Positions 29,478 through 43,109 are shown, numbered from the stretch's first letter. The stretch: DNA of 64,000 nucleotides from Octopus vulgaris (GCA_951406725.2 OX597824.1:62001-126000); one strand, 5' to 3'. The notes: generated from the letters alone by a model not told the origin. A program made the numbers and translations.

Positions 29478-29957
29478 CAGACCTGGTAGAAACAGCAGCC
29501 AAATCTCCCTCAAATCACACCTTACTGTCTTATGTATGTATATATATATGAGCCAATGAGGGGGACCTCTACATGGTAGCTAGACCTGGTAGAAATAGCA
29601 GCCAAATTTCCCCCAAATCACACCTTACTGTCTTATCTATGTATATATGTATGTATGAGCCTATGAGGGAGACCCCTACATGGCAGCTAGACCTGGTAGA
29701 AATAGCAGCCAAATTTCCCCCAAATCACACCTTACTGTCTTATCTATGTATATATGTATGTATGAGCCTATGAGGGAGACCCCTACATGGCAGCTAGACC
29801 TGGTAGAAATAGCAGCCAAATTTCCCCCAAATCACACCTTACTGTCTTATCTATGTATATATGTATGTATGAGCCTATGAGGGAGACCCCTACATGGCAG
29901 CTAGACATGGTAGAAATAGCAGCCAAATCTCCCTCAAATCACACCTTACTGTCTTAT
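29478..29957. repeat. 107-bp tandem repeat, about 4.5 units
   Basis: Identical ORF starts spaced 107 nt apart (29573, 29680, 29787, 29894). Confidence 0.95.
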
Positions 29958-31152
29958 CTTTCTGCTACTTGGATATAGGTGTTATATTCGTCGTAAAAAA
30001 ACTTTCCTGTCACACACTCACGCACACACACACACACACACGCACCCTCACACACACACACACGCGCACACCCACACACACCCACTCACACACACGCACG
30101 TTAGCTTACAATTTTATTTATATATTTGCGTGTCTATGTGTTGAAATAGGAAGTGGGAGGCAGAGTGAAAGAATCACTCACTACAGTAAGTCAATTACTT
30201 TCATTTTATTCGTTGCCCACTGTGTGTGTGCGTTTGCGTGTGGTGTAAACCAGACTAAGAAAAGCATTTGACACACACACCAGAATGTGAGTTTTCTGTA
30301 AATTTTGCTTAACTGGAGTTTAAATTTTAAAAACTGGACCTGGCATGACGCGATGCATTGTACTCTTAAAAATGCAAGGTAAATTGTAATTGAAGAAATC
30401 CTATATTGTAGATTTGTATAACTCCCAAAGGGAGGCAGATAAAATCTGCCTTTTATAATAAGACTAGCAGTATCGCCCGGCGTTGCTCGGGTTTGTAAGG
30501 GAAATAATTATATAAGCATTTTTAGAGATGTAAAGTATAATAGCCATCTCAATATGGCTAACCACAAAGGGGGAGGGGTGTTACTGTAGCTTTTTACGTT
30601 CTGAGATTTAATAATAAATTTTAGAGAGTTACTTCCCTTATATATGTCAAAAATGGATTAAAAATGGGAAAAATTGATGGTAATTTTTTTTTTAAATCGT
30701 AGACTCATCGTAGACGCGCGCTAATACCCAAACGGTCTCGATATGAATCACGACTATAAGATACCCGGTTTTGGTTAAACTGCACCGCAAAATGTGGGAG
30801 TAGTTAGGAATCTAAATCGTAGGAGACAGACACACAACCTCACTTTTATATATAAAGATTTCCTCTATTTACATAATATTGAGGTCTCTTTCTTTCTTTT
30901 GTTATCTTACTGTTTTTACCAATATACATATATATATATATATATAAATGTATAAATAGTTACAGAGATGTACTTGCATAGCAAGTGACTTGATCTGAGA
31001 TCGTGTGCTGGAACGAAAACAGTTGCAGCGTTGAAGGTGTTTATAAGCCATTTAAGAAACACACAAAAACCGTTAGATTCACTTCAACATTTAAATTTAA
31101 TTTGTCAAAATATTTTCGTCGCTTTGAGACCGCGACCTGTTAGCACGATATT

Positions 31153-31203
31153 TTTGTCAGTGAACAGGTCGCGGTCTCAAAGCGACGAAAATATTTTGGC
31201 AAA
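31153..31203 (+). ncRNA. Minimal type-I hammerhead motif with G3:C8 swapped core
   Basis: TTTGTCA-GTGAACA-G-GTCGC ggtctcaaa GCGAC-GAA-AATATT-T-TGGCAAA. Confidence 0.7.
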
Positions 31204-31624
31204 TGGAATTTAAATGTTGAAGTGAATGTAACGGTTTTTGTGTGTTTCTTAAATGGCTTACAAACACCTTCCACGCTGCAATATATATATACACACATAT
31301 ATATATATATGTATGTATGCATGTATGTGTGTGTGTGTGCGTGTCTGTGCTTGTGATTGTCCTCCACCACTGCTTGACAACGAATGTTGGTTTGTTTACA
31401 TCCCTGTCACCTAGTGGTTTGACAAAGGAAACAGATAGAATAAGTACAATGCTTACAAAAACAAAACTGGAGTTGATTCATTAAACTACAATTCTTCAAG
31501 GCATTGCCCCAGCATGGCCACAGACCAATGGCTGGAAAAAGCAGAAGAATAAAAGAATACATTCTCTGCTTTGGTCTTATGTTCAAGGCATAAGAAAGCT
31601 TGAGTTTACATGAGAAGGCCTAAC

Positions 31625-32104
31625 AGACCTGGTAGAAACAGCAGCCAAATCTCCCTCAAATCACACCTTACTGTCTTATGTATGTATATATATATGAGCC
31701 AATGAGGGGGACCTCTACATGGTAGCTAGACCTGGTAGAAATAGCAGCCAAATTTCCCCCAAATCACACCTTACTGTCTTATCTATGTATATATGTATGT
31801 ATGAGCCTATGAGGGAGACCCCTACATGGCAGCTAGACCTGGTAGAAATAGCAGCCAAATTTCCCCCAAATCACACCTTACTGTCTTATCTATGTATATA
31901 TGTATGTATGAGCCTATGAGGGAGACCCCTACATGGCAGCTAGACCTGGTAGAAATAGCAGCCAAATTTCCCCCAAATCACACCTTACTGTCTTATCTAT
32001 GTATATATGTATGTATGAGCCTATGAGGGAGACCCCTACATGGCAGCTAGACATGGTAGAAATAGCAGCCAAATCTCCCTCAAATCACACCTTACTGTCT
32101 TATC
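31625..32104. repeat. 107-bp tandem repeat (duplicate array)
   Basis: Copy of 29478-29957. Confidence 0.95.
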
Positions 32105-32173
32105 TTTCTGCTACTTATATTCGTTGTAAAAAACTTTCCTGTCACACACTCACGCACACGCGCACCCTCACAC

Positions 32174-32247
<74 letters not shown>

Positions 32248-32616
32248 ACACGCACGTTAGCTTACAATTTTATTTATATATTTGCGTGTCTATGTGTTGA
32301 AAGAGGAAGTGGGAGGCAGAGTGAAAGAATCACTCACTACAGTAAGTAAATTACTTTCATTTTATTCGCTGCCCACTGTGTGTGTGCGTTTGCGTGTGGT
32401 GTAAACCAGACTAAGAAAAGCATTTGACACACACACCAGAATGTGAGTTTTCTGTAAATTTTGCTTAATTGGAGTTTAAATTTTAAAAACTGGACCTGGC
32501 ATGACGCGATGCATTGTACTCTTAAAATTGCTAGGTAAATTGTAATTGAAGAAATCCTATATTGTAGATTTGTATAACTCCCAAAGGGAGGCAGCTAAAA
32601 TCTGCCTTTTATAATA

Positions 32617-32742
<126 letters not shown>

Positions 32743-32761
32743 TTATTTATTTTATAGAAGG

Positions 32762-32812
32762 AGCTTCTACAGGACTAGAACTGTTTCATTCAGATGAAAT
32801 CTTCAGGAAGCT
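32762..32812 (-). ncRNA. Type-I hammerhead motif with closed stem III
   Basis: Reverse complement of 34993-35043. Confidence 0.75.
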
Positions 32813-33064
32813 AGCTATCAAAATATTTATGCATTTAGGCAGATTTAATGGAGTGGTGGTGGGGGACGTTTTTAGGGTAGGTTGGTATTTAGGAGATAAA
32901 CAGGGCACAAGCTATTGTTCTTAGGGGAGTGGTCAAAAGGCCAGAGTGTTTTATATATATATATGTGCATATATATGTATGTGTGCATATGTATATGTAC
33001 ATACGTATGTGCATGCGTGTATATATGTGTGTATGTGTATGTATGTGCATATGTATGTATGCGC

Positions 33065-33130
<66 letters not shown>

Positions 33131-33719
33131 GTTTGTATGTGTGTGTATGTTTTTATGTATGTATGTGTGTACATGTGTATATATTTATATGTATGTATAT
33201 GCATGTGTATATGTTTATGTATGTATATATATATATGCATATATGTGTATTTATATGTGTGTATGTATGTATGTATATGTGTATATGTGTATATATATAT
33301 GCATGTATGTATTTGTGTATATATATATGTGTGTGTATGTGTACGTATGTGTATATGCATGTATATTCGTGTATGGATGTATGTATATATATGCATATAT
33401 ATGAACATGTAGATTTATGTATGGGTATATATATATATATGTGTATATGTGTAGATATGTATGTGTATGTACGTGTATGTATGTGTATGTATGTGCATGT
33501 ATGTATATGTGTGTATGTATGTATATGCATGTGTGTATTTATATATGCATATATGTATTTATATGCGTGTATATACTTATATATGAGTATATATATTTAT
33601 ATACACGTATGTTTTTGTGTGTACATATGTATATTTATGTATGTATTTATATATGCATAATTATGTAAATGTTTATATGTGCGTAGGTATGTTTATGTAT
33701 GTATACATGTGTGTATTTG

Positions 33720-33776
<57 letters not shown>

Positions 33777-34396
33777 GAGAAAGAAGCAACAAGAATGGAT
33801 TAGTTTTTAGTACAATTGTTTCATACAAAGACAGGCTTTATTAAAAGTTGCAAATATTGCAGCAGATAAAAGTGTCCCGTACTCATCAGCTAAAACACAT
33901 ATGAGTTCTCCAAACATCTTAGTGGGTGAGGCTACACTACATAGCAGTCTTGTGAAGAGAACAGTAATGTGGCAAATACCTTATCATATAGCATGAAATT
34001 ATACCCACCTCATTGTGGATCAACCATGGATAAATTCATCGTCTGTGAGTATGAAACACCTCCTCATATCTCTGGAAATTTACACCTACACTACGGATTA
34101 ATTCACCTTCTCTGTGAAGCTAATAAGCTTTTTTAAAACCTGTGATAAGACTGTGCATCATCATTAAAGAACTTCGGAAGTCTGTTTACAACCTGAATCT
34201 GCTTTTAATGAAATTATCTCTAATACTTCATGAGTGTAGCCTCACCCACTAAGATGTTTGAAGAACTCATATGTGTTTTAGCTGATGAGTACGGGACACT
34301 TTTATCTGCTGCAATATTTGCAACTTTTAATAAAGCCTGTCTTTGTATGAAACAATTGTACTAAAAACTAATCCATTCTTGTTGCTTCTTTCTCGT
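33777..34396. mobile_element. Penelope-type foldback, ~160-bp arms, each with a hammerhead (33805-33895 -, 34276-34366 +)
   Basis: TTTTAG-CTGATGA-GTAC...GTAT-GAA-ACAATTGT-A-CTAAAA in both arms. Confidence 0.8.
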
Positions 34397-34992
34397 TTAT
34401 AATCACCCCACATTACTGTATGGTTAACACCATATAGTTTTCAGGTGCATCTAAGTTAAGTACCGCATTCAAGTGAATTCATTAGAATTGACTTCAATCT
34501 TAATTGCTTTTATTGTATATATATATATATGTATATATGTGTATGTATATATATATATGTGTGTATGTATGTGTATGTATATATATGTGCGTATGTATGT
34601 ATACATATGTATATTCGCATGTGTATGTATGTGTGTTTGTTTGTATATTTATTTTATGTTTTTTCATGTATATTTATCTATTTATTCCCTCCACCTAACA
34701 ATAACAAACTGCCTACCTCTTCTTGACCACCAAAAAGCAATTGTCTTCTAATTTACCTAAAATCCCATCCCATATATCTGTTTCTATTCATTTATTCTAT
34801 TTATTCATTTATTTATTTTCTCACTGATTCTTCTCATTTCAAAAAACACTCTGGCCTTTTGACCACTCCCCCAAGAACAATAGCTTGTGCCCTGTTTATC
34901 TCCTAAATACCAACCTACCCTAAAAACGTCCCCCACCACCACTCAATTAAATCTGCCTAAATGCATAAATACCAGAACTTATTTTGACAGCC

Positions 34993-35043
34993 AGCTTCCT
35001 GAAGATTTCATCTGAATGAAACAGTTCTAGTCCTGTAGAAGCT
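34993..35043 (+). ncRNA. Type-I hammerhead motif with closed stem III
   Basis: AGCTTC-CTGAAGA-TTTCATCTGAAT-GAA-ACAG ttctagtc CTGT-A-GAAGCT; 6-bp stem I, GUA site. Confidence 0.78.
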
Positions 35044-35125
35044 CCTTCTATAAAATAAATTACTTTACTCTGCTATGTATTGAGTACCTTATTTACTGTG
35101 GTTAACCCCGACTCAACCCGGGACC

Positions 35126-35182
<57 letters not shown>

Positions 35183-35185
<3 letters not shown>

Positions 35186-36095
35186 TTCAGCAACAATTTA
35201 GATTCAAATGAATATGGTACTTAATTTAGATGCACCAGAATTTTATGTTATCCATAAAAATTTGCCGGGTGATTATAATCAAAAATAAGCAACAAGAATG
35301 ACTCCGGTAATTTGGTACAATTGTTTCGCACTATATCATTTTATTAAAAGTTGTAAGTATTACAGCAGATTTAAGATGCTGAGTGCTAATCAGCCAATTA
35401 TATAGGTTTTCCAATAATACAGAAGCTTTCAAATCAAGTAGTAACATTATAGAGAAGGTAGATATACAGATAAAGATGTAGATTTAAATTTTAAGAACAT
35501 ATGGGGTTGTGAAGTCCAACCACTGACTGACCAAGCTATGGCTGTATCTAACTGCTATAAGATTAGAAGTAATAAAGATTTTTTAGTTGTAGGAATGGGG
35601 TAAGGGAGGTTTCAGAGTACCATAAAAGGAATTCAAGTTGCCACTAACAAAATACCAATTACTGCTATTTGGTGAGAAGAACTAGGTCAATGTCAAAAGG
35701 TGATTAGTTCCCTTTACAGAGAGTAGGGAAAAAACTATTACTTATTATTATGAGTGGGCATAGTATTTTATAACTGGGGGAAAGCTTTATTAATTTTAAA
35801 ACTAGATTAGATTTAGAAACAATTCCAATTTCAAGTTTAAGGTGAAGTTTTTTTAGTCATCTATGAAAGTTAAATTGAAGGCTAGTATAGTATATTTCTT
35901 ATTATTATTATAATAAAAAGTTAAAATTTTTAATTAAAGTGTTTAAACGTTCGGGTTGTGGAATGTATGCAAGATACTCCCAAATCCAGACGATTATTCA
36001 ACAGATTTATATTACTCTGATGTTTTAAAATTTCATAAGTTTCCATAGAACAAAGTTGACAACCTTCCCTACTATTTCTATACGAGTAAACAATA
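35183..36095 (-). mobile_element. 3' portion of a Penelope-like element: endonuclease C-terminus (35930-36095), 3'UTR and hammerhead motif (35312-35397)
   Basis: Peptide YRNSREGCQLCSMETYEIL..LLNNRLDLGVSCIH fits the CxxC..E..I..LN.R..CxH tail of some PLE GIY-YIG domains; TTGG-CTGATTA-GCAC...GTGC-GAA-ACAATTGT-A-CCAA; ends at (TA)n. Confidence 0.7.
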
Positions 36096-36504
36096 AGTTT
36101 CAAGCATTCAATATGCATTTAATGCAATTGCGATGAACAACACGTTACAAATTAAATATTTATTTAAAACGAACATTTTGTTGACCAGTTCATAAATTCA
36201 CATACTCAGTTGTCAGCAGTTAAAACAGCTGGTTTCAATATATTTGTCAACACGCGCTTTCTCACAGACAATAGGGTTCTCATGTTCCGCTTGTTACAAT
36301 GGAAACAGGCATGAATGTGTCTGTGGCTTACGATTGGCTAAAATTACCAAAATTTTCAAACTTTAATTGCTAATAACTATTTATTGATTTATAGCGAAAA
36401 TGATTTTCAGGTCATTCATTAACCAATAAAAGCGTATCATTACACCGAATATGAAATCAATTCGAACAGAATTGATGCTGGCAGCCAAACCGACCAGATT
36501 CAAA

Positions 36505-36582
36505 ATGCCCTGCAGTGGTGCTGAACCTTGAACCATGTGGTTGGGAAACAAGCTTCTTACCACACAGCCACACGCCTGCGCT
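36505..36582 (-). mobile_element. SINE family A head fragment
   Basis: Reverse complement of GCGCAGGCGTGTGGCTGTGTGGTAAGAAGCTTG..GGTTCAG. Confidence 0.75.
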
Positions 36583-36656
<74 letters not shown>

Positions 36657-36662
<6 letters not shown>

Positions 36663-36852
36663 AACACCAGGACTTACAAACACATATAACATACAGAAAA
36701 TTGCACTACTAGGCACTGCACACATCCTACGCAGAACACTTTCCATACAATAACCATCAGAGCATCACAACAAATCACAGCACATACCCAAGGCACACAG
36801 AGCTGCGCTTGGTAGTGAAGTGAAAGCACGCTATAAAAATAAAACTACTGAA
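36657..36852 (+). mobile_element. 3' end of an R4/Dong-clade LINE in (TAA)n
   Basis: KTPGLTNTYNIQKIALLGTAHILRRTL* C-terminus plus short 3'UTR, (TAA)n on both sides. Confidence 0.8.
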
Positions 36853-38749
36853 TAATAATAATAATAATAATAATATGTGTGCGTGTATATATATATATCT
36901 ATATATACACGCACGCACACACACACACACATATTATATATATACTACTATACACATACTTATTTGTATAAATTTATCCACGCCCACTCATGCATATATC
37001 TAAACTAACGAGATTGCCATAGGAGACGGAATGTATGACAATGTATCATCTTCTGTTCGCAATATTTTTATGTCTTCCTTTGAGGTCTATAATTTGTTGA
37101 ATAAAAACAATTGCAGTAACATTCCATATGAAAACTATGTTTTACAAGAGATACTCAGATACTCAGATGTTTTTCAGATTTAGCAAAAAATTGCAACGCG
37201 AACAACGAGGATGAAAATATGCAATAACATAGCTTAAACATAAGAAAATTAACATAACGACGGGTTATTATTAAAATAGATCGGTTGGATATTATAAATG
37301 AAATAATTCAGAACAAGACTACCCATCGATATGCTTCAAAAGAAATGAAACAGATGAAATACTGGAATAAATAGATAAAGAGAGAGAGAGAGAGAGAAAA
37401 AAGAAGACAAAAGACAAAGGAAGGAAAATATATAAAACAGATTAACATCAAATGCTATGGCGGAACGTAAGAAATAAGATTAAGGTGTCAACTATCTTCA
37501 TATCCTGGCTATTAACTACTGGTTTAACATAATAAAGTGAACGGTAAGTGAATTGGAAATTGTGTAGCTTTTTTTATTGAAAAGTGAAAAGCTGCAGCCA
37601 GCATTATTCTGACTTGTCTAATCTGAAACTGATATTAATCAAAGAGCGAAAAATAGGAGGGAAAAAAAGAGATGATTACAGAATAATCTTCCAAATAAAA
37701 TATTACTTGTGAGGAATCAGAAAAAGTTTTCGAAGTACACGAATTTTCCTGAGCAGCGTAAAGGTAAGAAAATAAATCCGAATATATCGATAATACTTCG
37801 GGTGTAGAATAACGGCAGCGAGATGGCAGAATTGTCATAGCATGGAATAGAATAGTTCTCAGGATTTGTTTCGGCTCCCGTCGCTCTGAGAGGAGAAAAG
37901 TCGATATTATTGACCTCAGTACTTGACTGGTACTTAAATATGTCACCGCGAAAGGAGGATGGAAAGCAAATTTGATCTCGGTGCCGTCTTCTCTTCAAGA
38001 ATTACAAAACATTTTGTAGTTGTTCATTTACCCTGTTGACTAAGAAATTATATAGAATGTAAGAGATTCCTCCTCCTCCTTCTCCTCCTCCTCCTTCTTC
38101 TTCTTCTTCTTGTCGTTACTGTCGTCGTTGTTCTTTTCATCTGAAATAATCAAATTTGTTTCGTCTCGAAGACCATATTAGGGATCTTCACTGCGCGAAA
38201 AACCTCGCGAAAAAACGAAAGTAAAAATTCAAAAGTTTGCCTTCGTTGTTCCTCATTGCGGCTAAAACGAAAAGAAAAAACTAAATTTAAAAGGAAAACA
38301 TTTTCTTTTCTACGAATTTTCAACGCAAAATTGCTAAAGCCCTTAAAAACAAACCTGCATTTAACCGAATTTAAAAACAAAGCAAAAATAAAAGACGTGT
38401 TTATACAGTTTAAAGACAAGAAAAATCCCGTTCCTTAGCAGAATATATTAATTTCACCTAAAAAACAATAACATATAATCCTTTTCTGGCACAATTTCTA
38501 GCAATTGGGATGACTTGGAGGAGGAGGTAGCAAAGTCGACCTCGGCGGAATTTGTAGTCAATAATAATAATAATAATAATAATTAGAAGAAGAAGAAGAA
38601 GAAGAAGAAGAAGAAGAAGAAGAAGAAGAAGAAGAAGAAGAAGAAGAAGAAGAAGAAGATGAAGATGAAAAAGAAGAAGAAGAAGACGAAGAAGAAGAAG
38701 AAGAAGAAGAAGAAGAAGAAGAAGAAGAAGAAGAAGAAGAAGAAGAATA

Positions 38750-39314
38750 CCGTAAATCCTCGTTTATAGTCCGCCCTTGAGTATAATACGCAGGGAATTT
38801 TTAGGGGGCTGTATCTCTGAAAAAACTAAACCTTGTGTATAATACGCACCCCTTCTCTAACTTGAGTCGTGCGTGATTAAGCTAGCAGCACCTAGTCGAA
38901 CAAACACTTCCGCGCATGCGTAATACAATAATGGTGATGTTTTTAACTGTTATATGGGAATGTAAATATGTTTGTAAATTGTTTTTGTTACATGTTATTC
39001 TGTGTTCTGAATACTTTTATTTAATAATATATATAATAATATATATTTAATAATATACATTTATATAATAAATGTTGCTTACTGCAAGTTATGGATGATT
39101 CTTTTATGACTTCATTGCTTTCAGGCTTAGCTTAAGGCATTTTCGTTCCCGTCATCACAAAATGCGTCTGAATAAACATTGCTGGACAGCAAATAGAGAT
39201 TCGGACATTGCTTAGAAAATATTTTTCATTTTTAACCTCGTATATAATACGCACAAAGGATTTTGACCTTTAAATTATGGTTAAAAAATGCGGATTATAC
39301 TCGAGGATTTACGG
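38750..39314. mobile_element. Non-autonomous pogo/Tc1-type element
   Basis: TA|CCGTAAATCCTCG ... CGAGGATTTACGG|TA. Confidence 0.8.
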
Positions 39315-39362
39315 TAATAATGATAATGACAATAATAATAATAACAGCAACAACAATAATAA

Positions 39363-40242
39363 TGACAAAGCCCTGACCCATCAACGGCTAATGGCCTCTG
39401 GCTTAAAATCTGAAACCCAAGGGTTTATCATAGCAGCTCAAGATCAATGCCTACCTACAAGGAGCTACCAGGCCAACATATTAAAGAACGGCAGTAGCCC
39501 AACATGTCGTGTATGTCAACAACAAAATCTCCATGTGCAGTCTTCTTGCGCCTACAGAGTATCTCAATAGGCATGATAGAGCTGCACAATATATTCACTG
39601 GGTAATTTGCAAAACTCTGGACCTGCCCCATGATAAAAACTGATGGGAACACAAACCACCTCCAGTGCTTGAAAATGATTACATCTCACTCCTCTGGAAC
39701 TTCACCATTCAAACTAACAGAAAGATAGATGCGAATAGGCCAGACATCATATTGAAAGACTTCAGACAAAGAACATGCCTCCTCATTGATATGACTGTCC
39801 CAATCGATATAAACGTATCTGTCAAGATCTGCCAAAAACTGAGCAAATATAAAGATCTTGAAATAGAAATCAGCAAAATGTGGAACCTGAAGACTAAAAT
39901 AATACCTGTTGTCATAGGTGCCCTGGGAATGATAGGAAAAGGAGCTGATTGCTTCCTAGCTCAGATACCAGGAAACCCCAAAATGGCAGTTTCAAAAGAT
40001 GGCGCTCATGGGAACTGCTCATATCCTACGCAAAATACTTTCTATTTAATCTCAAATTTTAAAACAAGCGATTTTCTTATGGTTTCTTAAATATTCTCTA
40101 GAACAACACTAAGTACAAAACCAAATATATGGCACCCTAGGCATAACACCAGCATGAACTTCCAACTTGTTGTCTCTTGAGGTCTCTGGGTGAGACTTGG
40201 AGCCAACTTGTAACAAATGTAAAGCAAAAGTCAAACATAAAA
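39363..40242 (+). mobile_element. 5'-truncated R4/Dong-clade non-LTR retrotransposon (CCHC + REL endonuclease pseudogene)
   Basis: ETQGFIIAAQDQ, CRVC, RHD, NRPDIIL, LIDMTVP, KLSKYKDL, PVVIGALG; AAT-type repeats on both flanks. Confidence 0.9.
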
Positions 40243-40891
40243 TAATAATAATGATGATAATGATGATGATGAGGAGGAGAAGGAGGAGGAGGAGGAGAAG
40301 GAAAAACAACAGCAACAACTGTTGTAACAATTCTTTCTACTTTTGGCACAAGGCCAGTAATTTCAAAGGGAGTAGCCATTGCTTGACTGGTACTTTATTT
40401 CACTGACGTCAGAGAACGACAGGAGAAGTTGATGACAGAGAGATTTGAACTCAGAATATAAATATCCGGTACAAATATCACAAAGCATTTATCCAATTCT
40501 CAAACGATTCTGCAAGCTCACAGCCCATGGGGCACAAGTCCATCCAATTTGTGTGGGGCCAAAGCGATTATAGTGACCGCGATAATTACTTGTGAAAAGT
40601 GTCTGTAGAGGGATGACCAGTGCGGAATGAACAGAGTTAAATAAGTGAAGTGTGTTAAAAATGTTCAAAGAATTAATTGTTCACTCGTTACGAAAAATGA
40701 AACTCATTAGCACAAGTGACAAATTCTTATCAAAAGAGCAAGGGACATAACTCCAAATCTCAAAGTAATTCATAGTTGAATGTATGTCTGCAATGGGAAT
40801 TGAGTCAGATCTTTGTTAAGTACAGAGATCGCTCAGAACATTTCCTGCTCTAATTAGATTTCCTCAAGGAAGATTAGTTTCACTATCATCA

Positions 40892-40930
40892 CTGAAGAGG
40901 TCGAATGAGACCGAAACATAGCCGTTACTG
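40892..40930 (+). ncRNA. Hammerhead core without evident stem I
   Basis: CTGAAGA-GGTC gaatga GACC-GAAAC. Confidence 0.45.
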
Positions 40931-41294
40931 TTTCTATATTTACCAAAGACTTATTCTCCATTGTGTTCCTCCAGTCAAGTTTTCATCAGTTTGGACCCCG
41001 GAGTTTTCTCTCCTATCCTTCTTGACAAATTTTACCATTAGCGCTAATGACTTTTTTTTCATTAGGGGTGTAAAGTTGAAATAAGTATTTATTCTGTTAA
41101 GTATATTAAATATACCACCACATAACCCCCACAATTAATTATCAGCACTTATGTCACTGATATTTTAGCGACACCGACAAGGATTAAAACAGAAATTCTT
41201 TGAAATTAGAGATTTGATCCCATAATACAAAAGACTGTAACTAAATTACCTCAAAGACATTCATAGTCCACATTCAACAGTCTCTGTTAATAAT

Positions 41295-41359
<65 letters not shown>

Positions 41360-41495
41360 CAACAACACCAACAACAACAAATAATCGCATGATGCTCGAT
41401 AGCTGTTGTTTCAGGGAAGTGACCGAATATAAACCCCATTTGAAGAAGGCAGACAATAATAACACTTACTTCGTTTAATACATACGTATGTGGAG

Positions 41496-41585
<90 letters not shown>

Positions 41586-42074
41586 GCATAAATATAAAAA
41601 GAGAACAACGAAAAAATCCTACAAATATATTGAAGAGGAGAAGACAATGGTAAACTGAAACAAATCTCACAAAGACCCGAGAACTATTAATAAAACATAA
41701 AATTTGATGCTTCATGTTGGAGTTTATTTATCAACCGACATTCTGCAGAATGTCCAAAATGGATCATGTTGTTCTTTCATAAAAGTTAAAACCGAATTTC
41801 TCCTTCCACCCACTTCTCCTTTCACTCTCACTTCCTTATTCTCCCACTTACTCTCTCTCTCTCTCTCCTGGACACACACTCACACACTCACACGCACACA
41901 TTCACACACACACACATACAAATACACACTCACAAAAGCTCACAGACTATATTTTATTTTTTAGTTTTATTTCTCCTCTATTCTTTACGCTAGCCATACA
42001 CGCATTCACACACACACACACACGCACCCAGTAACAACTATATACATGCATACACACACATATGTGTGCGTCTG

Positions 42075-42133
<59 letters not shown>

Positions 42134-42355
42134 GCACACATATGAAGCATAACAACTTATGTTTTATGCAAGACCTTATTTATCGGCAAAGATTCCGCAG
42201 TATGTAGGAAATATCAATACATACATACATAGGTCTATGTATGTATGTGTGCGTATATATATATATATGTATACATGTATGTATATCTGTATATGTACAT
42301 AGATATGTATATGTGTATATCTATCTATCTATTTATCTCTCTCTCTCTCTCTCTC

Positions 42356-42399
<44 letters not shown>

Positions 42400-42401
42400 T
42401 A

Positions 42402-42457
<56 letters not shown>

Positions 42458-42507
42458 TATGTATATGTGTATATACATATATATTTATGTATATATACAT
42501 ATATATG

Positions 42508-42612
<105 letters not shown>

Positions 42613-42940
42613 GTGAGTGTGTGTGTATATACATATGTACATATGTATATATACATACATATGCACATATGCATATATATATACATATGTATACACACGC
42701 ATATACACATATGTATACACACACGCATAGATACATGACAAGAGGCTTATGCCATCTTTGTTGCTTGGTTCCTTGATGCAACCAGCAACATTTACAAAGA
42801 AGTAAAATATAAATAACTGCAACGGAAGATAAACACGGCCAGCCAAGTCTAATATTTACAAACCGTGCTAGAATACTAATGGCGTTTTTAACATCACTGA
42901 TACACACACATGCACCACGCACGCACAAACACTCACACTC

Positions 42941-42981
<41 letters not shown>

Positions 42982-43058
42982 TACACAGCGTATGCATGTA
43001 TACGCTTATACAAACATACATTCCAATGTACATAGGTATGCACATACATATGTACATC

Positions 43059-43109
<51 letters not shown>

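Larger units (their letters stand above)
28293..30463 (-). mobile_element. Composite Helitron unit (tandem copy 1)
   Basis: 5' TCTTATTATAAAAGGCAG, 3' hairpin+CTAG; near-identical to 30464-32621. Confidence 0.8.

Noticed and set aside
29573-32349. Repeated ORFs MAARPGRNSSQISPKSH
   Set aside because: By-product of the 107-bp tandem repeat, whose length is not a multiple of three
37700-37770. Possible exon ending at AAG|GTAAGA (similar donor at ~7643; acceptor-like TTTTTCAG at ~63952)
   Set aside because: Isolated splice-like motifs with no matching partner site or recognisable peptide
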